A stretch of DNA of 63,549 bases, counting the filler, from Craspedostauros australis (Eukaryota), in NCBI GenBank assembly GCA_030167865.1. It is 8 parts of 8 records of this genome, joined end to end, with 100 filler letters (N's around TTAATTAATTAA, not from the genome) between each part and the next. Parts side by side here need not be neighbours in the genome. Positions count along the whole stretch, not along the records: positions 23,500 to 26,540 come from JALAGF010003669.1; positions 26,641 to 45,256 come from JALAGF010003670.1; 6 more parts are not named here. One strand, 5' to 3'. Position numbers and translations under genes: made by a program. The first letter of the stretch is position 1, and every line of letters begins with the position of its first letter. The notes under the pieces were generated by a model. It saw nothing but the letters and a program-made list of their open reading frames with translations, did not search any database and was not told the origin of the DNA. Shown here piece after piece: positions 23,500 through 36,000 of the stretch.

Positions 23500-26480
23500 A
23501 GAGTGCCGTAGAGAGCCTTGGTTAGCTGCACGTAGATCGACGATTGGCCCCGCTTCTTTCGGACGTATTCTTCGTATACGTCTGGGGCGATTTTCGCGAG
23601 TAGCTCCGCCATGCGGCCCTCAATGAGCACATGCACAACGTCCCCCTCCTCAAACTTGGTCTGCAAGAAAGCGCCGGGCACGTCAACAGTTGCCACATCA
23701 CGATTCTCGTGGGCGTCGATTGTACAAGTGAGCATGAGACCAAGCAAAGAAACAGTGGGTGAGCTGGTTTCTTCTTTTGTCATGTACATGCGCTGTTTGC
23801 GTCCGTCGGCGCACCCACGTCCCTTGATGATGCCTGTGCGTTTCTCCTTGAGATACATAAGATACCGGAGTGATTGGGCCCTTTCGTCCTTTGTCAGTTG
23901 GTGCCAATGCTTCGGTTCAAAGCCTTCCATGTCGTGCACCTGTTGTAGCTCCTTGCTAATGGCAAGTTCACCACGCTCATGGAACAGCTTCAACCCTTGC
24001 TTCCAATTCATTTGTTCAGTCAGGAAAACGCACGCGTTGTGTGATTCAGTTGGCTCCTCACATTTTTCCGATGTGATTTGAGTCATGGATGCATGTGCTT
24101 CATCTCTTCCCACGTGGTGCAGCCGATGGTAGTCAATGCGTGGTTTGCGTCTGGCTCGTGCTGGTGGTGGATTCGCTGCTTCTGCTTCAGGTTCGTGTTG
24201 TCTGGCTCCTTCCACCACAATGTCGGGGACGAGGTCAAGATCTGCGTCCTCGTTGTCGGTGGTTTCGTCGCCGTCTTCAGGGTGATAGGAGCTGTCGTCG
24301 TCATCACTGTCATCAGTGCTCTGATCGTTGTCGCTGTCATCGCTGTCGCTGTCATCGCTATCTTCGCTCTCTGATTCCGATGCATCATCGTTGGCATCAA
24401 GTGATTCATCACTAGCTTCGGATTCGTCGTCGGGATCGTATTCGGAGTCGCTGTGATCGATGTCACCGTTGATGATTGAGATGATGTCCTGGTCGTTGGC
24501 GTCTGCAAAAGTGAGGTCCTTCTTGCCTCTCGAATGCTTAGCGGTGGCGTGGACGTGGTCAATCACGTCGTCTGGCATGGACAGAGGGGTCCAGCTGCGT
24601 CGGTGTAGTCGCCGTCCGGTCTTGAGACTGTAGAACAGATATCCCCCTTGGTCATTGCCGGATGGTCGTAGCGCGAGTGCGCCCACCGTTCGAGGTACCA
24701 TTGAGTTGTCGTGCTGCTCATGTGTTTGGACGTACAATCCAAACTCGATGCGGCAGTGACTGGCGAAATCCAGTTTGCGTCCCACCACGATTTCCGATGG
24801 ACTCATTCGTTTGGAGATGCCGTCTTGGTGCGGGAACATGTTGCTCCAGTACACCGAGTGGTACACCATTTCGATGATGAGTGCGGGTGGATAGTGGCGG
24901 AAAGGAAGGGCGTTGTAGGTACTGCGAGTCCGTTCCTTGATGGTTCTGATGTATCTTTCGATAGCGGGGACGTGTTCGTCTCGGGATGTAACGTTGATTG
25001 CAATGCCATCGGCAGCCAGGTCACCTCGCATGGAAGCGAACTGGTTATCGGTGAGCACCATGTTGACTTTGAACCCGCGCTGCTTGTACAGCTTCATCAC
25101 CTCGTGGAACTGGTGGGTGATCGCCTTGTTCGATTCGGAGTCCAATTTCGCCACCGTCCCGAACTTGATGTGCTGCGAGACAGTAACAAGGAATGGGATT
25201 CCGCTCACTTTCATGATATCGGCAGAGAGAGTCACCTGTTGGTATTCCTTCATGATGTATGCAGGCAAGTTGGTAACACTTGCTGTGACCACTGGCGATG
25301 CTGTGCGTGTGGTTTTGCCTTTCAACGCGCCGACATCCGGTCCGAAGATGATTTCTGCATTGCGGATGTCCTTGGTGGTGACCGGGCAGTTTGGTATCAT
25401 GTTGTTGCGCACATATCGAATGAAGTTGCGAGTGGTAGGCCGACCAATGCGTTGCTGAACTGAACGAGCTAGTTGAGCGCGAGATTAGTCGGTAGACGAG
25501 AATCTAGACTTGTTATCGGCTACTGTGTTGATGAGTACGTTTTTGTGGATGGCTCCGGTGTCAAGGTAGTACAGTCCGTTGTTGGATTCGCGGAAGATCT
25601 GCGTGGTGCCGTCTGGCTTGTGTACGACGAATTGGTTGGTGTTGTTGCTGTCGTAGGTGACGCGAAACATGGACTTCACCTTGCTGAGAGACAGAATATT
25701 GGCCACTCCTTCGGGGTGGTACCATACAAGTCCATACCCAGGAAGCGTGCCTTGTTGATCGGTGGTGGCTGTCCCCGCGTTGCAGTGGATGGTGAGTGTT
25801 TTGTTGACGGTGTGAATGTCGCGAAGAAGGTGATGGTTGGAGAAAACGTCGACGGTGGATTGGTTGTCCAACAGAACCCATCGGTTGGGAATGGGTGTCG
25901 ACGGTTGGCTGAAGGCGAGATCCCCATGTGTGTGATGATCGACCTGCATGAATACAAATTCGTTGTTGTCGTAGTCGTAGTCGTAGTCGTAGTCGTAGTC
26001 GTTGCTGTCGTGGGCGTGCCATCCGGTGGTGTTGACAAGCACCGTGCCATTCTCGTGGAATTTAGCATAGCACTCATCCGTGGTGTGGTTGGTGCGACCG
26101 CACCGCTCGCATTTGGTGTCAGTTGCGTTCTGTTGCGCGAATGCCATGCCCGTGTGACGCGGTGTGTGTGCGCCTGCTACGTTGCGTGGGTCGTGGGACC
26201 AGTGGTTGAGTAAGGTCAGCGCTGTTGGCATGTTTGCAGGGTAGCTGTCATACCCCATGAGGTATTCGTTGTGTAGGTGTTCGAGCAGCCCACCGAATCG
26301 AGCGATATCCGCGCCCAGGAGAAATGCGACTGCGTGGCATCGGTTGCGGGTCTCGTCTGCGAGGTCCGACTGCATGGCGGTGGCGACGTCTTCATCGTCT
26401 TCGAGGTCGAGTGCCCATTTGACCACCCCCGGGTTGTTGGTGATGCCTGTGTCGAGTGTTTGTTGGCAAGTTCCGCGCAC
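23500..26480 (-). mobile_element. Same copia element, reverse-complement contig (gag C-terminus to RT start)
   Basis: 23500-26302 mirrors 20784-17982 (coordinate sum 44284), including the TAA. It adds about 60 gag codons (AVAFLLGADIARFG). Confidence 0.95.
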
Positions 26481-26648
26481 GGTAACCTACGATCGTGGAA
26501 GATGGTGTTGGTTGATAGTCGTCTGTTTGCTATTTCATTANNNNNNNNNNNNNNNNNNNNNNNNNNNNNNNNNNNNNNNNNNNNTTAATTAATTAANNNN
26601 NNNNNNNNNNNNNNNNNNNNNNNNNNNNNNNNNNNNNNNNCCACTTAC

Positions 26649-27336
26649 CATTCCTGTTGTAGATGAGATGATGGCATGTGATGCTCGCTTTCAGGTTGGA
26701 GGGTGCAGACATCACATACTCCACAGCCTCCCTCGTCGAAATGTGCTCCATCGTCATCTTGAGGGTAGGGAAGTCACGCACCAACGGCTTCATGATCTCC
26801 TCGATGAACACCGGCTCCCTCTCGAAGATGTCGGCATGGGTGACCTCCGAATGGATGCACAACATCATCCCCACCTTCTGCATCTCGGCCAGCACGGGAT
26901 AGAGGTTGTTGACGTCCGTGACGCCGAAGTCCGAGTTGGTGGTTGCACCAGCTGGGTAGTACTTGCAACCGATGATGGTGGGGGTGCCATCGTCATTCTT
27001 GAGCTCGCTGGCTGTCTTGATATCTTCCGGCGATGTCTTGTCTGTGAGGTAGAGGGTCATGAGGGGTTGGAAGTTGCTCGTTGTTGTATCTGCATCTGCA
27101 TCTCCATCTGCATCAGTTGCAGTTGGCATGGAAGCCAAGATGCGTTGTTTGTATTCGAGAGCGAGCTTTGAGTTGACGACCGGCGGCTTGAGGTTTGGCA
27201 TGCAGAGACATCTTGAGAAACGCTTGGTTGCATGGGTGAGGATGGAAGCGGTGGCAGGTCCATCACGGGTGTGGTGATGGAAGTCATCGGGGAACCTGAT
27301 GGTGATGCGTTGTGGTGGTGTCGATGTTGATGTCAT
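26649..27336 (-). CDS. pyrC: Dihydroorotase, homodimeric (E. coli PyrC type), first exon; truncated in intron at contig start
   Basis: PDDFHHHTRDG, MPNLKPP, PLMTLYLT, KYYPAGATTNS, EHIST and ITCHHL motifs; donor G|GTAAGT at 26648. Confidence 0.95.
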
Positions 27337-27921
27337 GGTGGTTGGAGTCTGGGTTGATAATTGACGGGATTGTTGTTGTTGTTAGTGTGGAGGCGATGAT
27401 GGCAGAGTGATGATGATGGGGATGAGTGTGGTGGGAGCGTTCTGTTCTGTTCTGTTGTGTTTCGTGAATTTGTTGAGGATGGCGCTGATGTGTGTGGTGG
27501 TGATTGTCTGGTTGTCACACGGGTGTGAACAGTATTATGTTTGAGACACGAGATGGTGATGTGTCGAGGGACTGGATGTATTGCGTGAGTACGACAGGTA
27601 TCTTTTGTTGTGTTGATTTCTTGTTTGAATTGTTGGGCATGTGACTTCTGCAGCGTGCTGCTGTGGTGGCTGGGTTATAACAAGTGTCGGTACGAGTAAA
27701 ATCATATGGAGAGTGTAGTTGTGTGAAGTGATGAAAGTTAAGTCTATTGGGTGTATTGAGAGTGCTGTAAGGCCAATCTGCGTGTGTGCGTGGGTTGTCT
27801 ACAATAATGGTTTGGAAGTGTCAGGACGAACAAGAGTCGAAGGTGGAGAGTAGAGGGGCAATGTGCATTGATTCATGTTGTTGGTTGTCAGCTGGTAGTT
27901 TGGACGTGTGTGTGTGTGTGT

Positions 27922-27965
27922 CTTTGTGTGGTTGAGTAGGAACAAAAGTTCCTTGTTTGTTTGTT
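27922..27965 (-). promoter_or_regulatory. 44-bp 3' element with AGGAAC-TTTT-GTTCCT hairpin downstream of H2A (histone stem-loop-like)
   Basis: Exact reverse complement of 30600-30643; hairpin at 27938-27953. Confidence 0.7.
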
Positions 27966-28231
27966 GTTGTTTGTATGTTTTTGTTTTCTGTTTGTTTGTG
28001 TGTCTGCAATTGTCATGGAGTTGTGGGGATGAGTGGTTGGACAGATGGATGTGATGCTGGTGGTGGTATCGGTGAAGTCATGCCACGCCATCTCATTGTA
28101 GAGTATGGTAGTGCATGGCCTTTCTCAACACCACGCATCAGTGCAATCGCAGTTGCCATCAATCAATCTATCAGTCTCCCCATGTTTCTCTCCGTCGTTG
28201 TCCTTCAATTGAGAGCGTTGACATCCAGCGC

Positions 28232-28800
28232 TTATTTGCTGCTAGAAGACTTCTTTGGCAGAAGCACTGCGTGGATGTTGGGCAGCACACCACCGCTAGC
28301 AATGGTCACTCCTCCCAGCAGTCTGTTCAGCTCCTCATCGTTCTTCACGGCCAGAGTGATGTGACGCGGCACAATACGGCTCTTCTTGTTGTCACGGGCG
28401 GCGTTGCCTGCAAGCTCAAGAATCTCGGCGCAAAGGTACTCGAGAACGGCAGCAAGGTACACTGGGGCACCTGCTCCCATTCGTGTGGCGTACTTTCCTT
28501 GACGCAAGTATCGTCCGATACGACCGACTGGGAACTGAAGTCCTGCCTTGGCAGATGCGCTTGTGGCCTTCTTTTCGCCACGGCCTCCTTTTCCTTTTCC
28601 TGTTGTTGTCATGTGTTGAATGGTTGGTGTGAGATGGAAGAGGAATGGCGATGGGTGTGAGAAGTCAGGGTGGAATGGTTGTCACAAGAGCGATGGCAGT
28701 CACGGTCACTTTCGTTGCAAACAGAACACATTCGACATCGCACACACACAAACGTGCATGTACGCACAGAACTCCAACTTCATCAACACTTACCAGACAT
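28232..28800 (-). CDS. H2A: Histone H2A, 2 exons
   Basis: 7-nt coding exon 28800-28794 (ATGTCTG|GTAAGT) plus exon 28599-28232 (CAG|GAAAA) gives [10 protein letters not shown]...[19 protein letters not shown], 124 aa. Confidence 0.97.
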
Positions 28801-29968
28801 GATTGATGTGTTTGTTTGTTGTTGTAGATTGGGTGAGTGTTTGTGAATTCGTTTGCTGTTGCAAATTGATGTTGTTTGGTTTTATGAACAGATCAGCACA
28901 GTTCGATGTCTCTGTTGTCGTGTTTGTTGCTGTTGTGGAGTGGTGGGAGTGCAACAGAGTGAAGCGACCAAAAGGAAGAAACACAGCGAACGAGAGATCA
29001 CAAGAGAGGCGAAACAAGACAGAGACAACAAGGAGACAGAAACGTCAACAACAAACGGCAAACAGAAGCGCCCGTTCCCACACGCTCTCTTGGTCAAATT
29101 CGAAACGAGCGCGTCGTGATCAGTCAGGTCACGAATGAGAACAACAAAATCGGGGTCGATTGTTCGTGATTGAACAATATCACCCCCGTAGTATATCATC
29201 ATTCGGGGATGGGCGCGCCACTTTCTCACGTATATATCTACACATCACAGTACATCATTGCTTCGCCGATTCCAACCTGTCGACATCCCACCCCGCAATA
29301 TTACAGTCACGCGCCATATCTCATCACCCCCTTTTGGAGCACTTCAGAATGGCGCGCCGATTCACAATTCGTCCACGTCGTTGGTGTCACTTGTTTGTGG
29401 TGGTCGAGTTCGAGACCACGATACTGGACGCAACTGCGAACAGAGAAATCGAAACCAAAGCGATCAGCAGCAACAGAACCAGACCAAACCCACATCGAAC
29501 AACAACAACAAGGAGACACAGACAAGAAGCACGACACCAACAACAATCGTGCCGTTGAGATCATCATCATCATCATCATCTCCATCGTTATCACCATCTC
29601 TCCCACCAACAAACACAACAAACACAACAAAACACCTTCTTGGCACTCCATCGCATCCAAGTCTTTGCCTCAAACACAAACAAGTTCATTTGTCCAAACA
29701 TAAAACCGAATTGAACAACTTTCAAATCAACAATCACCACCACTACAACCAAACAACCAAACAACTGACAAGGTAAGCAATGACACAAAGGATAACGTAA
29801 AGGAACAATACAAGCATCAGCGATACCCAATTCCCTTGGACAATTGATCGAAATCCACTTGTGCACAATGCATGATGAATCAACGCCGATTTCTCACATG
29901 TCCCTGTTATACTGTACTCCCCTTCCTTCTTCATCCAATTTCACCACATTCACGTATAACACTTGCAG

Positions 29969-30322
29969 ATGGCCAAGACTCCCTCCAAGCAATCCGCCAA
30001 GACACCAAAGAAGGCATCCACCGGATCCTCCAAGTCCAAGAAGCGTACCGAGACATACTCGTCTTACATCTACAAGGTCCTGAAGCAGGTCCACCCAGAT
30101 ACCGGAATCTCCAAGAAGGGAATGTCCATCATGAACTCCTTCATCAACGATATCTTCGAGCGTATCGCCACCGAGGCAGGAAAGCTCGCCACATACAACA
30201 AGAAGGCCACTCTGTCTTCACGAGAGATCCAGACTGCCGTCCGCCTGATGCTTCCAGGAGAGTTGGCCAAGCACGCCGTCTCTGAGGGAACCAAGGCTGT
30301 GACCAAGTTCAGCTCCAGCTAA
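29969..30322 (+). CDS. H2B: Histone H2B
   Basis: [43 protein letters not shown]. Probable 5'-UTR intron 29773-29968 (AAG|GTAAGC..TTGCAG|ATG). Confidence 0.98.
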   Translation: MAKTPSKQSAKTPKKASTGSSKSKKRTETYSSYIYKVLKQVHPDTGISKKGMSIMNSFINDIFERIATEAGKLATYNKKATLSSREIQTAVRLMLPGELAKHAVSEGTKAVTKFSSS

Positions 30323-30599
30323 GCGTTGTACCGAAGCAATGCTGTATGATCGACTGAGACTTGGATGGTGCAAGGACCAGGTGGGTGTGAACCGTGGAAC
30401 CATGAAGTAGCAGTACACGATGAGAAGCGATGTGAATTCATCGGAGCTTGTCGTGTGGCTGTTGCGCATGACATGTGTGCCATCCATCTTTGAACCAACA
30501 ATACCAACCACAGGCATCAGCAACTGATTACTGCAGTCAACTTACGGCCAAAACGAAGACAAAACAACACAGAAACAAAACAACAAACACAAACAAACA

Positions 30600-30643
30600 A
30601 ACAAACAAACAAGGAACTTTTGTTCCTACTCAACCACACAAAG
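30600..30643 (+). promoter_or_regulatory. 44-bp 3' element with AGGAAC-TTTT-GTTCCT hairpin downstream of H2B (histone stem-loop-like)
   Basis: AACAAACAAACAAGGAACTTTTGTTCCTACTCAACCACACAAAG; hairpin at 30612-30627. Confidence 0.7.
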
Positions 30644-31305
30644 CAACCAAACCAAGCCAAATGCGTCAGACAATGGATGGACGGCGCCTCCACCTGTCGT
30701 CCTACATATGAAGTGATGAACGATGCATCAATCCAGTGATACGCGAGGGAACTGGTTGTGCTCGTGCATCATATCGACAGACTAACCCATCCCCTGCGCT
30801 TTGCATTGTCCGTGAACAATACCATTGCTTGTGGCAACTCGTAACGGCAAGCGAACGACTTGGGACCGGCGACAGTTGTTGCTTTGCCCGACCTTGTCCT
30901 TTTGAATGCACCATCTTGCCAGCTTACCTTTCCTCCACACATCACACGTCACTCCCCTACATCACAAGCAATCATCTCACAACAGAAAAAAACGTTGATA
31001 AACACGCTCCAACACATGGATACTCTGGTACGACTGGCATGTCCGTACAACTACCAATACAGAGCACCATCACAACTACGCTCTCCATTCCCTATAGAAA
31101 TACAATTAACCTCGTTGAACTCAAACTCAGCAGCGATACCTTCTCCTCTACTAGCACAACACAGCATGCACACACACGCATACACTCTCTCTCTCCAGAG
31201 AAAGCACATTCTACAAACGTTTACTCCGCTCTAATCTGCTTTGCTTTGCTATGAGTGTATTGTATCAACATCCATCCTCACAACCAAAAGTTTAGCATTC
31301 AGCGT

Positions 31306-32193
31306 TCAACGTTCATTCCCATCCTTCTTCTCCTCCGTCTCCACCTCCGCTTCAACCACTGAACCTTCAACTTTGACTTCGTCTCCATCTTCCTGCTTCG
31401 ATTTCGCCGCCTTCCGCTTCGCTCGCTTCTTCGCATTCCGTTTCCTCCGCCGTTCTATCTCGGCAGCTGATAGCTCAACCTTGCTGTCATCATTCTCTGC
31501 CTCTCCTTCTGCCTTGGTTCCCGATTGCTCCGCACTCCCACTTTCATTTGTACTTGTATCTCCATTGTTGCTGCTGCTGTTGCTCTTTCCTTTGCCTCTG
31601 CCTTTCTTCTTGCCTTTTCCAGTTCCATTGCTCTTGCCACCACCCAATTCCATCCCTGCTGCTGCCATCTTCGTCTTCTTCTCCAGCAGCTCATCATGCA
31701 GCTTCTTCGCTTCGGCGAGATGACCATCTATGTCACCATCGAACAAGCCGGGGAAGTTCTTCGTGTTGAATTGCATGGATACTGACGCGAATTTCTTGCG
31801 AGCGGCCGTTGATGCCGTCATGCCACCCGTCGTGAGCTCTTCCGACGACATGAAGGACTGGATGCCCTTGATGATGGTTCCGACGTTCCACGCAGGATTC
31901 CAGCTTTCCGGATGAAAATCCGACATGCTCATGCAGATCTTCTCATTGACGACGAACCTGCCGCTGGGCGTGAGCATGTAGATCGAAGGTGGTTTGAATG
32001 GATACTTGGTAGGGAACCGCAGCTTGCCAATGTACTTGCCACCCTCGTACGGTGTGTCGGCGGGTCCTTTGATGACGTAGTGCCATGTGAGGATGTCGTC
32101 CTCCTTTGGTTCCGCGATGATATCGGGATCCGGATCCTTCTTCATGCTCACCAACTCCGCACGCAGGCGGTTCGTCGCTATCTTGCTTGCCAT
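31306..32193 (-). CDS. Ubiquitin-conjugating enzyme E2, Ubc6/UBE2J family, with charged C-terminal tail
   Basis: WHYVIKGPADTPYEGG..FPTKYPFKPPSIYMLTPSGRF..ICMSMSDFHPESWNPAW; TPxGRF replaces HPN, as in Ubc6/UBE2J. Confidence 0.92.
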   Translation of the reverse strand: MASKIATNRLRAELVSMKKDPDPDIIAEPKEDDILTWHYVIKGPADTPYEGGKYIGKLRFPTKYPFKPPSIYMLTPSGRFVVNEKICMSMSDFHPESWNPAWNVGTIIKGIQSFMSSEELTTGGMTASTAARKKFASVSMQFNTKNFPGLFDGDIDGHLAEAKKLHDELLEKKTKMAAAGMELGGGKSNGTGKGKKKGRGKGKSNSSSNNGDTSTNESGSAEQSGTKAEGEAENDDSKVELSAAEIERRRKRNAKKRAKRKAAKSKQEDGDEVKVEGSVVEAEVETEEKKDGNER

Positions 32194-33011
32194 GATCGTC
32201 GTTATTCGGGCGTTTCCGATGCCGATGACGATGAGGATGATGATATTGGCGTCTCCTCTTGGGCGCTGTCGATGTTGTCGTTGGCGTCGATGCCGGCGCA
32301 AGTGCCGATGTGGTCTTCTTGTGTGAGAGCCGTCTGTGGACTCTCATTCTGCTCGCTTGTATCGTCCGCCTCCGTCAACCCAAAGTCATTTCTCCGCAAA
32401 CGTCGAAGAAAACGATTGTTCTCGTTTTTACTCGTGACTGGATGGCTAGTGAACAAACGATTGGAGGGGATTGGGCGATTGGACTACATGGACCGAATGT
32501 ACACGGAAAGATGATGGGGTTTGATGGGTCGCTTTTTGGCACCACAAAGACCGTGGTGACGACATTCCGTGTGTCGTTGGGACCGACGAAGACGTTTGGC
32601 AACCGCATGCGAAAGACATCAACAGGTTGGTGACGGCATCAACGGCGCGGCAGCAAAGTGACGGTTGGCCTCTCACTCTCTCTCTCTCTCTCATCCTTCC
32701 GAGATCGATCCATCATCAATCCATCACATTGGCCATCGTCTCTTGCGCACACGAGCGGTGACATCCGTAATCTTGTGCCACCCGTACTACTACACGACAG
32801 AACCATCATCAAACCACAGGTGCACAGAGAGGCAGTCAGTCAGGTAGTCAGGCAGTAAAGCATTGGCAGACCAACAATCAACCATATCCAAAATTGCATC
32901 CATAATTGCACCCACAAGTGTTCACAAACGTCCATCGGTATCCGCGCGAGTACAATATTGGTACCATACGCAGACACAGATATCGACGGAGACGCCAATA
33001 GACGCCGCATC

Positions 33012-36000
33012 ATGAGATGGTCACACTGGGCGCTGTTGCTGGGCTGCTTGGCGATTGCTGAGCTGCGTGATGTCGATGCTTTCACGACATGGTCCGGCAC
33101 CAGCGGCAGCCTTCGAACCCCACATTCCGTCGCGATCAAGGCGACCACCAATCCCAGCTTCTTGAACCAGTCTCGGATGCACTCCCCATGGCGATCACAC
33201 TCACAATCACACCTCACTAGATTCGCGACAAGCGGCGATTGCAGCGATGTGAGTCCAATCATCATTCCAGGACTGACCTCTCTTGTCAAGCTCTGCTCGA
33301 CTCCGCTTCACTCTGCTCTATTCGTGGAGTACTCCTGTTGCAATCACCATCATCAACCTATTTGTGACGTCACGTTCAAAACTTATCCACAAAAACGTGA
33401 CATCGGTCGGCACTTTGGTGCTGGATCCTGAATGGCATTTCTCTCAATGTTGGACGTGCTTGCATTGCATCTTCCTTTCATCCATTGAACGCACAGCCTC
33501 ACACTCATCCAAACGCAATCGTACACGTAATATCACATGCATGAACACGAACACAACATGAATGTGCTCTTGTCCTCTCTCTTGATGTCGGAATCCACGT
33601 TTGTCCAAATCACAAATCATCAATTACTGATCATCATCTGTGATGCATCGTCCCAATATAACATAATAGGTGGAGGAATCACCCAATAGCAATAGCAAAG
33701 ACAGCAGCCGCAATGGAAGCAAACGCAAACGGATTCTGCAACGCTGCAACAATTTTAAAAACAGAGCCCAAATCTGGATCCAGAAGGTCTCGATGTGGAC
33801 GAGAAAGAACAAACGCAGTCTCCTGGCAGCAGCGGCGCTCAGCTTTTCAGTTTTCTTCTGTATGCAGAATGGGGATCTGCAGACCATGTCGGGTCCAACG
33901 CAGCACGGTGCCGCGACGCAGACGACGCGCAATGAAATCAACATCGTGCAGGAACGTTCACCCGTCGAGATCATGATCCGCGGTGGCGACTCGCGCAACA
34001 CCAACGGCAAAAGAATACGTCAAAACACGGACAAAACGCTGGCCGTCGTGGATCAGGCCGTTGGATCGACGTCGCGCACCCTCCGCGATGCAGCCACGGA
34101 CCTCGGCCAGTACATGAGCGGACCCAAGTCCGACACGCTGCTGCTCCTGCTGGCGACGGCCCTGATAACCCCGTTGTGCAAGAGACTCGGCACGTCGCCG
34201 ATTCTGGGATTCCTGGCGGCCGGCATGATGCTCGGACCCAACGGCTGCGGGTTAATCAGCGGCATCCACACCACGGAGACCCTGGCCGAGCTGGGAATCG
34301 TCTTCTTCCTCTTCGAGATGGGCATCGAGCTCAGCGTCGAGCGTTTGCTTAGCATGAAGCGTGATGTCTTCGGGTTGGGACTCACGCAGTTCGTGGCAAC
34401 GGCGACCGCCGTGGCCGCAGTCGGAAGCGTCCTGGGCCTCCCGGCCAACGCTCTCGTCGTGCTGGGTGGTGGACTGGCGCTGTCCAGCTCCGCCTTCGTC
34501 CTTCAGCTCCTCAAGGACAAGAACCAGCTGGCCACCCGTTTCGGAAAGGCTGCCTTCAGCGTTTTGCTGTTTCAGGATCTGGCCGTCGTTCCCCTCCTCG
34601 TCGTGACGCCGATCCTTGCCGGAGGTGGCAGCGGATTGGCGGCCGCCTTGGGCAGCGCCGTCCTCAAGGCCTCCATCGCCCTCGGCTCCATCGCGCTGGC
34701 CGGCCGCTACCTGCTCAACCCTATGTTCAAGCTGGTCGCCGAGGCACGATCCCAAGAGGCCTTCCTCGGTGTCATCCTGCTCACCGTCCTCAGCATGTCC
34801 TTCATGACGGAGGGTCTGGGTCTCAGCAACACCCTGGGCGCCTTCCTCGCTGGTGTCCTGCTCTCCGAGACCAAGTACCGGTACCAGATCGAGGCCGACA
34901 TCGCGCCCTTCCGTGGCGTGTTGCTCGGTCTCTTCTTCGTCACGGTCGGTTTCGAAATCGACCTCAAGCTCATCATGTCCAACCTGCCTTCGGTTTCCGC
35001 CATCGTCTTCGGCATCCTCGCCATCAAGGCCCTCATACTCACCGGACTCAGCTTGTTGTTCGGATTGAGTCTGTCCGTCTCGCAGCAGACAGGCCTCATC
35101 CTCAGTCAGGGAGGCGAATTTGCATTCGTCGCCTTCGGTTTGGCACGTTCCCTCGGCATCTTGGACACCGCGACCACGAAGATGATGCTCACGTGCGTCA
35201 GTCTCACGATGGCGCTCACACCCGCCATGGCAGCGCTCGGCGCCAAGCTCGCCAAGCAGATGGAGGAGAAGAGCGACTTCACGCACTACCTGGGACAGGA
35301 CCGTGACGCCAACGAGATCAAGGAAAGCGACGACTTTGCCGTCGTCGTCGGATACGGCGCTGTGGGCAAGGTGGTGTGTGAATTGCTGGATCGCAAACTC
35401 ATCAAGTACGTGGGCATTGACATTGACCCCAACAAGGCCATCAGCGCTCGAAATGCGGGACTGCCCGTCTTCTACGGCGACATTGGTCGTCAGGAGGTGG
35501 CGGAGGCATTCAACGTCGGCAAGGCAAAGGCCATCATCGTTTGCATCTCCGACAAGGCGCAGGCCAATCGCTCCGTCATCGCGTTGCGACGTTGGTATCC
35601 CGATCTGAAGATCTTCTGTCGTGCCGTCGACAAGGATCATGCCTACCGACTGCAGTCCACGTTGGATGTTGCGGCCATGGTACCGATTCTGCCGGAAGAT
35701 AACCTCCTGCTCACTTTGCCATTCGGTGGAGCCGTCCTGAAGTCCTTGGGTGCCGCGCCAGAGGAGGTGAATGCCATCCTCGAAGCCAAGAGAAAGGAAG
35801 TGCTGACCGGAAAGGGTTTGGTGGAGAACGAGGAAGACATGGCGCTTGTTCAGCTTGGCATCGAACCAGAAGAGGACAAGAAGAGCTCCAAGACGAACGG
35901 AAGTGCCGTCAACGGCCTCGACGAATCGTTGGCGGATTCATTGGACAAGGTGGAAGACGAAAAAGAGGAACGGCCGGAGGTTGCTGCGGCCAAGGAGAGG

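Noticed and set aside
17982..26540. Apparent inverted pair of copia elements around the ZIP exon
   Set aside because: A spacer lies between them, so relative orientation and distance are arbitrary.
28600..28612. H2A start MTTTGK from the ORF track
   Set aside because: That ATG lies in the intron; the spliced MSGK start is canonical.
34252..35640. Long antisense ORFs (also 52170-53414, 55520-56449, 40397-41335)
   Set aside because: Shadows of GC3-rich sense genes.
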